A stretch of DNA of 64,000 nt from Eledone cirrhosa (lineage: Eukaryota), in the NCBI GenBank assembly GCA_964016885.1, contig OZ024742.1, positions 231,260,001 to 231,324,000 of the forward strand, read 5' to 3'. A model generated the notes under the pieces. It saw only the letters and a list, made by a program, of their open reading frames with translations, was not told the origin of the DNA and did no database searches. The number at the start of each line of letters is the position of its first letter. The stretch's first letter is position 1. The translations under genes and the position numbers were made by a program. Of the stretch, positions 10,738 to 24,100 are shown one piece after another.

Positions 10738-11243
10738 TACTTGGCGTGGCAATAAAGTCTTTAGAATAGTAGGCTGTGTGCCGTATATAGGAGTAAATGT
10801 AGTTAATATTAGTTGGAATTTGAACTTTGTTGTACGCGTGTGATATTTTGTATGAATGCTGTATTTTGTCATAGGCCTATGCATAATTATTTTGCTACCA
10901 TTATTGTGAGTTTATATAATACATGCATCAAACTGCTCAATCCACAAAATAATTTTTCCATGGGAGAAAAGTGGCAATGATCAAACATTGACCCTTTAGT
11001 CCCGATCGTTGGATGTGCAAGTTATTAAAGCAACATCTTTGAAAATTTGTTTTTCGTTGCGCTGGTTTCGACAATTGCCGAAGGAACGGTTCCAGAATGA
11101 ATTAAATGCTTTGCATAAGCGCTGTGAAGATGTTATTGCATTCAATGGGGATTATGTTTTGCAGAATAAATAAATTTTAGCTTTATATGTTGTGCATATT
11201 CATTTAAAAGGTTATTCTAAAGACTTTATTGCCACGCCAAGTA
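10738..11243 (+). mobile_element. Internally deleted mariner element
   Basis: Perfect ~30-bp TIRs CTTGGCGTGGCAATAAAGTCTTTAGAATA flanked by TA; C-terminal transposase remnant LNALHKRCEDVIAFNGDYVLQNK* near 11100-11173. Confidence 0.88.
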
Positions 11244-12180
11244 TAAACTACACTAAGAGCTAGATTATTTTACGATTAAATTACACCAACAAGCGAAATT
11301 TACTAAACGTACGGAAGGGGTTAATGATTCTAAATTCTTCTTGAATGTGTGAATTTACTCCTAAAACATACATTTCTGTGTCAAAAATTACACTATACGG
11401 CAAGGGATGTGTATAACTGTAATATATTCTTTAAATGTTTCAAGAAAGATTATTTCTTTTTTAAAACTACTGTTACAGGAAAGATTGGATTTGACTAGGA
11501 TTGATAAGAAACCCACTGATTCAATTTTAACAGTGATTAACGACATTAGGGGAGAATATTTACAACAGAGTAATGTCGCTTCAGTTTTGAAAATTAATTA
11601 TTGTTTATCCCCTCTCAACAACTACTGAGCAGTACATTGGAGATACTAAAGAAATAAATAAAATCAAAGTCAAGTTTAAAATTGCCATTATAGATTTGGA
11701 AAACTGAACAAAAAATTATTGATTTATAAGAAATAACAATAATTTTCATCAAACAAAAAGTATAAACTAATATATAAATATATGCATCCACTCCCTGCCT
11801 CGCTGTGGATGTGTTAGTGCCACTTCTAATTAATACTAACCTATCAATCTTGCAATATATGTAAATTAGCCATCATGAAAATGATTCATCTACAAAATGT
11901 ATAAAAAGTTATAACCTTCAACATCTCTGTATACCATAGTAACTAAACATTATTCGATCGATCGACAAGATCCCAGACCTCATTTGCTTACCGAGTGGGG
12001 TGGAATTCGTCAAATCGGACCAGGGAAACAATGTTTCCATTGGTATTTCCATTGCTGATACTATCGCATCTCCTGGCAGAAAGAGCAACGTGAAATAAAA
12101 TGTCTTGCTCAAGGATATAATGCATCACAAATCCAATTCTACTAAGCCACGGGCATTCAATAATCATTATTGATGAATAA

Positions 12181-12255
12181 TAATTGTTTCTACTTTTGGC
12201 ACAAGGCCAGCAATTACCCAGTACATTACTGGTACTTTATTTTATCGACCCCGAT
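12181..12255 (-). mobile_element. SINE family 1, 3' fragment
   Basis: GGCACAAGGCCAGCAATTACCCAGTACATTACTGGTACTTTATTTTATCGACCCC. Confidence 0.8.
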
Positions 12256-13959
12256 GAATAATAATCATCATGAAATAGGCATATACAGTTACAAGGATAC
12301 TGGGGTAACTGTAGCATGGTCACAGGTTAACACTCACAAGGAGACTTACTTTTATTATACATAAACATATTGTATATGTGAATTGGCGCAGTTGCTACAA
12401 CGTTGTGGTACTCATGCCGGCTTTCTCTACTTTAAGTTTAAATGCCGCCGAAGCCAATTTTGCCTTTCAAGTTCTATAAAAAAACTTACCATTCCTGTAG
12501 TGGGGGAGGGGGTCGAGTTTTTCTCTATATCTGTTTTTTACTTCCTTTCTATCACTCTCTTTATCCTTCTTGGATTAAGTACCTTCTGTTTAATTATATT
12601 TCTTTCATTTAAGTATAGACTTTAAGTATAGAAATTAGAGGGTGCCTAATAACTTCATGCAGTTCTATGTGTGTGTATGTATATGTGTGTGTGTGTGTGT
12701 GTAAACAAGGAAATTAGGAAAATGAGTCCTCAATGCAGGACTGGTACTATTTATCAACCCTGAAAAGAAGAAAGGAAAAGTTGGCCTCGGTGGTATTTGA
12801 ACTTAGATAACCTAACGATTCTGTCCATTCATCACCCATACATAGCATACAACTAATTATAAATGAAATCACTGTCAGAAACTGTATGCTGACTAAACAA
12901 GTTCTTTAGTCTGAAAGACTCTACAGGCAATCCTTACACTAATAATTTAGTTTCTAACTTTGTCCTTTAATAGTATTATCTTAGTTATCACGGTCAAAAT
13001 CAACTATGAAAGATTACAGAGAAGATTGTTCAGTCTCGTAAAACTCATTCATTAAAAAATATTCCTTTGTACACAGAAGTATACAAATAAATAGGATAAA
13101 CTTCAGAATCATATGAAAGAAATACCATATAATTTGTTCCTTTCGTTAGGGGGAAATAATAGCCCTTATAATGTCTAGCACTAACTAAACTCTGCGAAAT
13201 TATGAAAATAATGAAAGCGTAGACTAGAGTGTGTATTTTTGTTGTTTATTCTTTTGGTTTTGTTTTCTTTACCGAAAAATCTTTTGTAGAAAAATAAATA
13301 AATATATGTATCAATAAATAAAAACTTTGTATGTCTACAGAAGATCTTTAATCAGTAATTAATTCTGATTCTAATTGATCAACTATTTTGCTTTGTTAGT
13401 TTGCTTTCTTTAATGCAGACATCATACACATTAGATGAAAGCGAAGACACATTCAGCTTTAAATTGCCTTGTTTAGTCTTTATAAGTTCGTTTGTGTTTT
13501 CTTTTTCTTTCCGATCAATTAACATTGATAATATTAAGTCCATAATTCAGGTGAAGTTTTCTAACAACTCTTTTAGTTGTTTGTTGTATGAGTATAGTTC
13601 TGTTTTCTCTTTTTAACTTTTTCAATTTTTTTCTTTTTCAAATCAACTCAGATTAGTACAGGAAAAGACGTGTTACTGTTGTCATTGCCATTATCGTTTC
13701 CATCAATATCATCATGATTATTGTAATTATCATCGTCTATTCTGATCGATATATTTAGTGTCGTAGTGATAGGGGAAAGTGGTAGGGTACCAAACTAAAC
13801 GCTTTACTGCGTCTGCTTCAATGCATCCGTCCGTCTCTTAATATTTAATCTCATTTGACTGGTAAATTAAGTATTAGTAACATACTAGATTAAACGAATC
13901 TGCTCTTGAAGAGTTTACCAACTGTTTAGTCATAAAATAGTGTTCTACTTGTCACCATA

Positions 13960-14112
13960 ACATTCTAAGCTCAAATCCCACCGAGGTCAACTTTGCCTTT
14001 CATTCTTACGGGGTCGATAAAATAAAGTACCAGTAACGCACTGTGATCAATATAATCGACTTTCTCCCTTCCCTTCGAATTGCTAGCCTTGCACGAAAAA
14101 TATAAACAATTA
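13960..14112 (+). mobile_element. SINE family 1 copy (5'-eroded)
   Basis: Central motif and the longer 3' variant present. Confidence 0.8.
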
Positions 14113-14292
14113 TTGGCAGTATCGGTAGAGGGTCGGACGCCATGCTTTCCAGCATAGTTACGTCCCTTTACGGTCTGAGTTCAAATCCCGCCGAGGTTAA
14201 CTTTGCCTTTCATCTTTACGGGGTCGATAAAATAAAGTACCAGTAATGCACTGGGTAATTGCTGGCCTTGTGCCTAAAGTAGAAACAATTAT
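14113..14292 (+). mobile_element. SINE family 1 copy, full length, directly behind the previous copy
   Basis: Near-identical to 5037-5216. Confidence 0.9.
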
Positions 14293-14487
14293 TAGTTTCC
14301 AGCGAGTGCAATGCAATGACATTCCTATTATAGTCATTTGCATTGGGACAAACACATTTCACTTTTCAAATCATCACAATGCTTTTTAAGTCAACAATTG
14401 TCTAAAAAAAAGTATTTAATTCAACATTTCAAAGGGTTTGACTTGATTCGCAAGGAGGAAATGCACAATAAATAAATATACATATAA

Positions 14488-14623
<136 letters not shown>

Positions 14624-15245
14624 ACGCGCGAAAGTCTACGAGGAAAAACAACACAAGAGAACAATAGAATATAATGACGATATATATTAGTTCAACGCTT
14701 GATATAGTAGAAAAGGAGCTTTAACGTTTCGGTTGTTAGTCCTTCATCGGATGATAGAATGAAAGTTAAAAGAAGAAGCAGAAAGAGGGATGATAGTAAG
14801 TAAAGGAAGAACAGGAAAAACTTCTCAGTATTTACTCAGCCATTTTTGAGCTGGAAAAACATAGCTGGATCTGCTTTGTAATAGGGCCATCAGGATTTCC
14901 ATTCCCTCCATTCATGGAGTCTTGGGCACATAAACCTGGCGAAGCCCATCCCTCTCCAGATCTGAAGCACAGACGAGAGAACGTGAGTAAAATAGAAGAA
15001 ATAAGAAAAAGCTATAGAAGAAGAATCAATATTGAACTGGTACTTATTTAATTTTAAGAGACGGTTGGATGCACTGAAGCAGACACATTACAACATTAGG
15101 TACTCTACCCCTTTCCCCTATCACCATAGCACTAAATATATCGATCAGGATAGATGATGAAAACTACCATAATTATGATGATATTGATGGAAACGATAAT
15201 GGCGGTTGCCAGGGTCGTGCCACGCCAGGCTGTAACGTCATTCTG

Positions 15246-16000
15246 TCACTGTCTTGCCGGGCAACCCCGCTTGTTTTTACCGTCTACGGCTCTGAGCATC
15301 ACTGTCTTCATCAGCTGGCTGTCCCGCAAGCGACAGCTTTGGCAAAAAAGCACAAGCTTCCTCAGCATAATTGTCTGTCGCAGCTTTCTTCTTGGCTGAA
15401 TGTGCCTCATGACCTCTGTGTTGGTGACATGGTCATACAACTTGATGTTCAGCAGGCATCTATAGTAGCGCATCTCGAATGCTTCCAGCCCGCGCCAGTC
15501 TTCCTTCCACGTGTTTGCAGTATATAGCAAAACGCTAAACACGCAAGTGCAAAGAACATCCATCTTTGTAGCGAAGGTTATGTTTCGGTTTTTCCAGATC
15601 AGACCGAATCCCGCCAGTGCGCCGTACGCCAACGCAATCCTTCGGGGAGATTCCTTCGTGCATTTGCTGCCAAGGTAGACGAACTGGTCAACCAGTTCGA
15701 TTTCAACGTTGTAGACAGCAAGCGATTCTGCATCTTTTGCGGACTTGCTAAAATATTGTTTTTGTCTACGACACGTTGATTTCTCGGCCATATATTTCGG
15801 CGTCTGAATTGACCTGATCTAAGCTTCCTTGTGGTGTATTTCAGCTGACCACCTGTATATTGATGTCATCCACAAATTTTAAGTTATTAAAGCACCATCT
15901 TTTTACTGAGACTTACAGACTCTGCATAATACGTTCCCATGAAGATCAGCGGCATCACTGAGTCTCTTTGTCGTACACATTTCTCTTCACAAAACCAGTC
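15246..16000 (-). mobile_element. Degenerate RTE-clade LINE fragment (RT C-terminal half)
   Basis: NLKFVDDI near 15870; VDQFVYLGS, RRIALA, LLYTANTW, LEAFEMR, TNTEVM, KRGCP motifs. Confidence 0.82.
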
Positions 16001-16347
16001 ACTAGTTAAGGAAATCAGACGTCAACCTGTATATTAGACTTTAGTAGCAAGCCGCATTGCTACAGAACAGAACACAATAAAAAAAAACAAACACAATATT
16101 CTACAGACAAAAACAAATATAAAATTATGTAATGGCTACAAAATTTAGCCGAGACAGATATATACATAACCAGCAGCAGCAACTACAATTCCATCACTAC
16201 TACCACCACTACTCCATCACCACCGCCACCACTACTCCGTCACCACCGCCACCACTACTTCATCACCGCCACCATCACAACTCCATCACCGCCACCCCAC
16301 TTCCCCATCACCACCATCGTTGCAACAAATCGTTTCTTTTTTTTTGC

Positions 16348-16507
16348 ACAAAGCCAGCAATTACCCCAGTGCATTGCTGGTACTTTATTTTATCGACCCT
16401 GTAAGGATGAAAGGCAAAGTTAACCTTGGCAGGATTTGAACTCAGATCGTAAAGGGGCATAACCCTCTGTCGCAAAGCATGGTGTCTGACCCTCTACCGA
16501 TACTGCA
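16348..16507 (-). mobile_element. SINE family 1 copy
   Basis: Reverse-complement match to 5037-5216. Confidence 0.85.
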
Positions 16508-17166
16508 AATATTATATCATACACACCCTCTCTCCCCTTTCTGTTGACATAAGAAAATACATCAAATTTGCTGAGAAGGAAAGGGAAGGTAGTAGCAGCA
16601 CTAGATAAGGTTAGCTTCAATTTGCTAATCTCTTCTTTAAAGAAAATAAATAAATAAATGAATAGCAATCATAATGATTCATTTGTTGGCCACAGGGGCC
16701 GACATGTAGGGGACAATAGAAAGTGGGGGTTTACAATAAGATACAATGGGGGTTTACAATAAGATTCAGTGAACATGCACAATAAATAGCCATCATAATA
16801 AAAAAAAATTATTTCTAAAAACTACCAACACCACCAACACATTACTATGTCCACCATCACCGCCATCCCCAATACCACTACCGTCACCACCATGACCTCC
16901 ATGACCAATACCACCACCACAACAACAACCACAACCACTACAACCACCACCACTACCACCAATCTGCCAGTCACTTTTCTTTTATAAGTAGCCTCAGAAA
17001 AATAACAACATCAGCATCAACTAACAAAGTAACAACAAAAACGACAATAACAACATTATCACCGCCACTACGGAAGTTAATCACGTGGATAAAAACAACA
17101 ACAGCAACAATTGTGATAACAATAATGATTTCTTTATTAGCTACACAGAGCTCACATTAATCGACT

Positions 17167-17331
17167 TTTGGCACAAGGCCAGCAATTACCCAGTACATTA
17201 CTGGTACTTTATTTTATCGACCCCGTAAGGATGAAAGGCAAAGTTAACCTCGGCGGGATTTGAATTCAGACTGTAAAGGGACGTAACTATGCTAGAAAGC
17301 ATGGCGTCCAACCCTCTACCGATACTGCCAA
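17167..17331 (-). mobile_element. SINE family 1 copy
   Basis: Reverse-complement match to 14113-14292. Confidence 0.88.
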
Positions 17332-17359
17332 TTCATCTGATAATGATATGTGACAAGGT

Positions 17360-19209
17360 GACAAATCATTGAAGCGAATGCCAAAATGGAAGGCAAGTGG
17401 TCTTGATGGAGTGTATAAATACGGGTTAAAGATATTTAGCTGTACCCATAATCAGATCTAAAAACAACTTAATGAAATTGTAGCAAAGATAGATGATCAA
17501 AAGCAGGACGTGTCTAATCCAAAAGAATGAAAGAAAGGGTAGTTTCCAACTATAGGCCAATAATGTGATTGCCCATTATGTGGAAGTTGCTAACAGGAGT
17601 GATTGCAGAGGAGTTGTATCTACACATAGAGAGAGATGGGTGTTTCCCAGTAGAGCAGAAAGCAGTAAAAGAAATAGTAGAGCCACAAAAGACCAGTTGC
17701 TAATAGATAAAATGATGTTGAAAAACTGTAGAAAAGGAATGATAAATTTGTGTGGCGTGGATCGATGACAGGAAGGCTTATGTTATGATTCCCCCACTCG
17801 TGGCTTTTGGAATGTCTAGATTTAGTGAAAGTGGTAGAAAACACCAAGGCATTGTTGAAGAACTCAATGATACACTGAAGAGTCCAACTGACATCAAAAG
17901 GAAATGCCTTAGGAGAAGTTAAAATAAAGAGAGGAATTTTCCAAGGAGACAGCTTATCACCGTTATTGATCGTGGTGGCAATGTTACTTCTATAGTACTT
18001 AGGAAAATAAAATGCGGATTTTCACTAGAAATAGGATGAAACACCTTGCATCATCTATTATTCGTGGATGATCTCAAATTATATGGGGAAAACATGAATG
18101 AAATCGATTCAATGGTCCAAACAGTAAGAGTGTTTAGCGAGGACATTGGCATGGAATTTTGGATAAGTAAATGTGCAATAGTTAAAATTGTAAGGGGAAA
18201 AAAGATCAGTTCAGAAGTTATTGAATTACCCAACAAGGAAATTATTTCGTCTTTGGAAGATGGAGAGGGCTACAAATACCTCAGAATACACCAGAGTGAT
18301 AAGGTACTTAGCAAAGAGATGAAAAGAAAAATCACCTAGGAGTATTTCAGGAGAATCAAGGGCATCCTGGGACCACAGCATAAATACTGGAAACATGATA
18401 ACGGCAATGAACTCCAGACCTAGGTCTATAATAAGATATGGTGCTGGAATTATCGACTAGACAGTCGGCGAACTGAAAAACATGGATAGAAAAACAAGAA
18501 AGATGTTGAATATATATATCAAGGCTTACACCCCCAGTTGACCGACTCTGTGCGAAAAGAGCAGAAGGTGGAAAAGTACTGATCAGTGGTGAGGAGATAG
18601 TTTCAGTGGAGATGGGGAGCTTAAGCGTGCATCTAGGAAAAAGAAAACTTGTTAAAGGTGGTCATAACAAAAAAGAAAGTCGAAATAAGTACAGAATGGA
18701 AAACCAGATTTGAAGCGAAAGCATTACACTCAGCCTTTGAAGTAAACACAAGGGCTGTCAGAAATGATAATGACACTTGGACTCAAAGAGTTCACTTAAA
18801 AAAATAGACAGGGGGTTTGGTTGTGGCAGCCCAGGACCATGCAATAAAAACTAATTGGATCAAAGTTAATGTGGATAAGGTGATCACATCACCATTGTGT
18901 AGGATACGTGGGAAGATAAATGAGACAATTAGCCATCTTGTCTCAGAATGCTCACAATTGGCTCAGAATGAATACAAAACTTGCAGACACGGTGTAGTGA
19001 AGGGAGATTATGTAAAAATGTTGGGTTCAACTGTAATGGAAAATAGTATAAGTTTGTAACAAAAGAGATGAAATTGCTGGAAAATGATGAAGCCAAAATT
19101 CTGTGGGATATTACAATAGAAATGGAAAGAAAGATTGATCACAACAAACCTGACATAGAACTGATACTCAGGAAAGAAAAGAAATGTTTTATTATAGATA
19201 TGGCATGTC
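17360..19209 (+). mobile_element. Degenerate R4/Dong-type non-LTR element (RT, CCHC, RLE)
   Basis: RGIFQGDSLSP, HLLFVDDLKLY, AAQDHAIKTN, CRI...ETISHLVSEC, ILWDITIE...HNKPDI...IIDMAC; many stops and frameshifts. Confidence 0.85.
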
Positions 19210-21061
19210 TTTTGTTGGTGTTGTTTTGGGATGTGTCTGTGTTTGTTGTGAGTGTGATATGTGCGATTTCAGTTGTTAGTGTGTTCTTTTGTTCTTGTGT
19301 TTGTTATGGTTGTTTGCGTTTTGGGTATTGTGGTGATGGTGGTCGTGGTGTGGGAGTGTTTATGTTTGTTGTGTGTTTGGTGTCTGCATTTTCTGTTGTG
19401 GGTCTGTGTGTGATGTGTGGAGTATTTTTTTTGTCCCTTCTTTTTTGTTACTTTTCTTTAGTTTTTGCCTCGTCTTCGCTACTGGAAGATGAGGTGTCTG
19501 TGTCTGTAAGTGTGTCTTTGTGTTTGTGTTTGTGTCAATGTGTGTATTTTGGGGGGAAGGGGAAAGGGATAGCTTTCCTCGTTTTCCCCTTGGGTGGCCA
19601 AAGTTGGTGGTGGTGTTTCTACTGGTGCTGCTGCTGCTGCTGGTGTTGCCGGTGCTGGTGTTGGTGGTTGTCCCCGCCCCGGCGTCGACAGTAGTGGAGG
19701 ATTTCGAATCCTTGCATTTTTTAACTGAGAACAGAAGGCTCGCAAATGAGTCGTTTCCCCGCAGACGAATCAGTGTAGCCTTCTGCTCTCAGTCATTATT
19801 TGCCGTATCGTCCCATTTTGGAGACGGACTTTGTCGGGGATTTTTTTTTAGGTCTTCTGGCACGATTTGGAGAAGTATCTCCAGACTTGGAGAAGTATCA
19901 ACCATGATTTGGAGAAGTATCAACCCGGACCAGTCCTCGCTGGCTGTTCTTGTTGCTGCTATCGGGACGGCATCTGTCCCCTCCACAACCATGCATCCCA
20001 GCAGACACCACATGTCTAGTTCTGGTGGAGTCCTGGAAATGCGGAGTCTAACTGTTCTTTTTCCCATGTGGGAAGGGTACATGATGAACTTTCTGGTTTT
20101 GCAAGGGGTCACCAAGTGTTTCACAGTGAGGGCTTCTGACTTAAACAGCACCAAGATGGTGCCGTATTGTCTGCCCTTTGCTATGTACTCGGTGTCATTT
20201 CCGATGCATTTCAGCGTCAATTTCGGCATGTGGAGTGATGGCCTCTTTGTGTGTCTGCAATGAACTGCATCTAAATGTCACCGTTCTCTTCTTCACTGCT
20301 TCTATGGCCTCCGTCGAGACGGTTAAGTTGGCCCAGGTTTGCTCTTGTTTAATAAGCTTCCAAGCATGGGCCAACTTTTTGTCCTTTTCACTAAGGTCCA
20401 TGATAAAACAGGGCGGAGGGGGGGGGGGGGGGGGGGGGCTGCAGCAGCGAAAGGGTTTTTCTCTTTGTTCGCAGGTGTTGTTGTTGTTGTTGTTTTCGCT
20501 TTCCTTCGAGTTGTTCTTGTTGTTGGTGTTGTGGTTATCGGTGTTGCAGTTGGTGTTGGTTGTGTTGTTCATGATGCAGTTGGTGTTGTTGTTGTCGCTG
20601 TTGCAGTTGGTGTTGGTGATGCTGTTGCTTTCAATTGTTTCCTTTTTGCTGCTGTCTTCTGTGTTGTCTTTGTTCATGTTATTGTTGGTGGTGATATTAC
20701 TAATATCACTGTTGGTGTTGTTATTGTTGTTGTTGTCTGTTGTGCTGTTAGTAGTTACATTATCCATAATTGTGGTGCTGATGGGGGCGGTGTTTTTGCT
20801 CTCAACGTTTAAGCCGCTCTCTCGCGACAGCAGGCTCAAAGCTGGAGACGTGGCTCAACCATATTTTTTTATGATAAATTTTTTTTTAAAATAAAGTTCA
20901 AATATTTTGGCCAAAACGTCAAAATATTATGGGGTTGCCTTTACATTGACCAATGAATGGAACCTTATATACAGTTCGTGAAAAAAATATTCAACAAATT
21001 CCACTTTGAAACAACCAACCTTCTAGAGACGATGTGAACACGTCTATCGCAAACAAGCACC
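19210..21061 (-). mobile_element. Tx1-like element D: 5' UTR plus disrupted ORF1 only
   Basis: ORFs 20195-20839, 19789-20229 (KGRQYGTILVLF, MGKRTVRLRI) and 19479-19745 are homologous to ORF1 of neighbouring copies; 5' end abuts (AAT)n. Confidence 0.8.
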
Positions 21062-21063
21062 AA

Positions 21064-21070
21064 AATAATG

Positions 21071-21105
<35 letters not shown>
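21064..21105. repeat. (AAT)n spacer/target
   Basis: Direct reading. Confidence 0.9.
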
Positions 21106-21106
<1 letters not shown>

Positions 21107-24100
21107 TTTTCTTTATTAACCACAAGGGTTTACATAAAGTAGACATTAAGGACAGTACAGGACACTACAGGACGGTACAAATGGGCATTTCTGCGTGTAA
21201 TAAAAACAGAGGATGTAATAAAAATAACAATGAAAAATTCCCCAATAGGGGGGAGACTTCCGAGGGACATTTGTGGAGAAAGCCCATTAAAAGGCCACAG
21301 TGACCCTGACCACCAGGGCAAGTGCCCTCTCCCAGTTTTCCACCTTTAATTTACAGACACATACTCAGAGTAGGCCCATTCACTCGGGCCATTCTTGCCT
21401 CTCTCACCCATCTTTCAACAAAATGCTGGGAAGAGAGCACTTCCCTTTCTACCCTGATTTTCCTTTTCAAATGAAATTTGAAAAAGTTAATCAGGGCATC
21501 ACCGAAGAGGTAAGTGCTCGTCTTCAGCCCTTTCAAACGTGTCCAACATACTATCTCTTTCGCCATGGCCACCAAACAGATAAAAACTGACTGCCCTTCC
21601 CGGCTAAAGGAAGAGGGCGGGGCAATCCTCACGATGGACTCAGCTGATAGCTGGATCCGTCCCACACGCGACAGCAGGTGTTCGACATAAACCCACAAGT
21701 CAGCAATGCTCGGACACTGGACGAGTGCGTGCAGGATGGTTTCGTCGCCCTGCGCGCATCTTGGACATGCCCGGCTGACGGCACCTCCATGCCTGTAGAG
21801 TTTATCCAGAACTGGCAAAGCTCCTTGGTAGCACTGCCAGGCCAGGGATTTCTGGAAGTTGTCCATAGGCCCCGGCCCGAAAGTTCTTCCGAAGAGATTG
21901 GCTAGTTGATTTTCGTTGACGCCTAGAGTTTCCCCAAGTACGTCGTCGCTCTTCCCCTCCACTAATCCTCTATAGAACGCCAAGGTGGAGTTTCCACCGA
22001 TCACATTGCCCGATTGGTCGAGGGCTGTGAGCGCCTGAAGACATTCCAGTCTCCAAGCGCTCCCTCTCGGTCTTCGCTTGACCCAGGACTGCAGCTGCGT
22101 TAAGGAGACGAGCTGAGGAAAGACGTGTCTAGCAAACGGCGACCGTCACCTCGTCCCAGTTTTTGTTCGTCTGGAGGTCCGGACCGAACCAGACCCCGAG
22201 CAATTTAACCGGTCCGTCCGTCCAGCGCCCGACGACGCTGTTGGACGGCATGGACCTGCCTCTCCAGGTGCCGAGCTGCAGGCTCACTGACTTTTCCTGG
22301 TTGATCATTGCTCCTGTCACCGCTTCGTATTCTTTTAGTGTAGTGCCGATCGCCTCGATGTGTTTGGCGTTCGACACCACTACGGTGACATCGTCCGCAT
22401 ATGCTGACACGGATCTTCCGCATCCTAGTTCGCGCATGACCCCCTCAACGTCTCCAGTTTGTGCAGTAATGACTCGAGAGTCAATACGTACAAGAGGGAC
22501 GAGAGGGGACATCCTTGGCGGACCGAGCGCATGATGTTGAACGGTTCCGAAAGGTGACCGTTCACTCTCACCACAGAGCAGATGTCGCTGTGCATGGCAG
22601 CGATCCAGCCTCTGAAGACGGGCCCAAAGCCAGCCGCCCTCAGGACTGCCGCTAGGTAACGATGGTCGACCCTATCGAAAGCTTTCGACTGATCTAAATT
22701 GATCAAGGACCCACTCGTGCCAGGTTCCCTAGCTACCCTCTCTACGATGTATCGCATGAGGTGGAGGTTGTCGTGGATGGATCTGTCGGGTATGGCGCAT
22801 GCCTGCGCCTCTCCCACCAGACCACCAACGACAAGCGCCAACCTCTTTGCTAGCACCTTAGCCAAAATCTTGAACTCTGTGTTTAGCAGAGTTATGGGCC
22901 TAAAATTATCTATATTATCCCCCTTGTTCGGATCCTTTCTCAGCACGCCACAGCTCCTCGGCTCACAGAGCTGGAAATTCTCCCGTTCTGTTGCCAGTTG
23001 CAGTAGACGTCCGCCAAGAGGCCTCCGAACAAGTCTGGCATCTGTACGTAAAGTTCATAGGGTAGACCATCCAAACCAGGCGATTTACCCCTTGTGCAGC
23101 TAGTCATTGCCTCCCGTACTTCAGCGGCTGTTATCGGCTTTTCTCAACACAGCGCCTCAGTGGCCGAGAGCCGCGGCAGTCCGTCGAGGTAGACACTAAA
23201 GTCCATCCCTCGATCCGGCCCGCCGCTGCCCCCGAACAACTGAGCGATGTGTCGCTGAAAAGCTTCACACATTTGCCCGGGATCGAGTAGCATGCGCCCG
23301 TCGTGGTCCACCAAAGACCGGATCGTGGCTTTGTTGCCACGACGCGCCTCCGCCACTCGGGCCCATTGAACGGCTTTCGTTCCCTCGTGTCTGAGAGCAC
23401 GCACCCTAGCTCTGACAACGCAGCCTTCGTGCTTTGCATTGAAGAATTGGTCAAGGGCCAATTTCGCCGCAAGTACGTTGGTCGCGATGCCTTTGCTAAG
23501 CGCCTCGTCTAATTTTCTAACTAATTCTCCCTCTGCTCTATTTTTCTCTATTGCTAAAGCCTTACTAAACCTAATGGACTCTATTCTAATTGCTCTTTTC
23601 AGAGCAAACCACCACTTGTTGACGATGGCCCCCGTCAACGCCCGCTTAACTAGTTCGCTAATCCGGTCTCTGTAGGCCTTGCGCGCTGGTAAGGATGCGT
23701 TTAGCTTCCAGTAGCCGGGTCCTCGTCTATGAAGCCTATCTAAGTCAAGCACACAGATCACGAATTTGTGGTCCGTGTAGCTGACTATCTTGAATTGTGG
23801 ACAGCCTATGCTAGACCTATCTATTTCTCTACAAAATATTCTATCTAGATATGATCTGGATGACCCTATACGATTTGTCCAAGTCCACATTGGCACATTC
23901 GGGAAATCCAATCGGTACCTGTCAGACAGTTCAAAACGCCTGAGCAGGTTGGTGAGGCTCTTGCACCCTCCTCCCCTATCCGCTAATCTCACACAGTATC
24001 AGCGTGCATCTAAGATCCCGTTCCAGTCGCCCACTAACACTAAAGAGCGGGACGTTCCAAGAAAGGTCTCCAGACGCCGGAAGAAATCAGGCCGCCCTGC

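Noticed and set aside
19068-19694. 208-aa ORF resembling a membrane-anchored nuclease
   Set aside because: Chance read-through from the R4 RLE remnant into antisense low-complexity Tx1 ORF1 sequence.
22140-22150. ~315-bp deletion in element A as a spliced-out intron
   Set aside because: The deleted segment does not have GT...AG ends.
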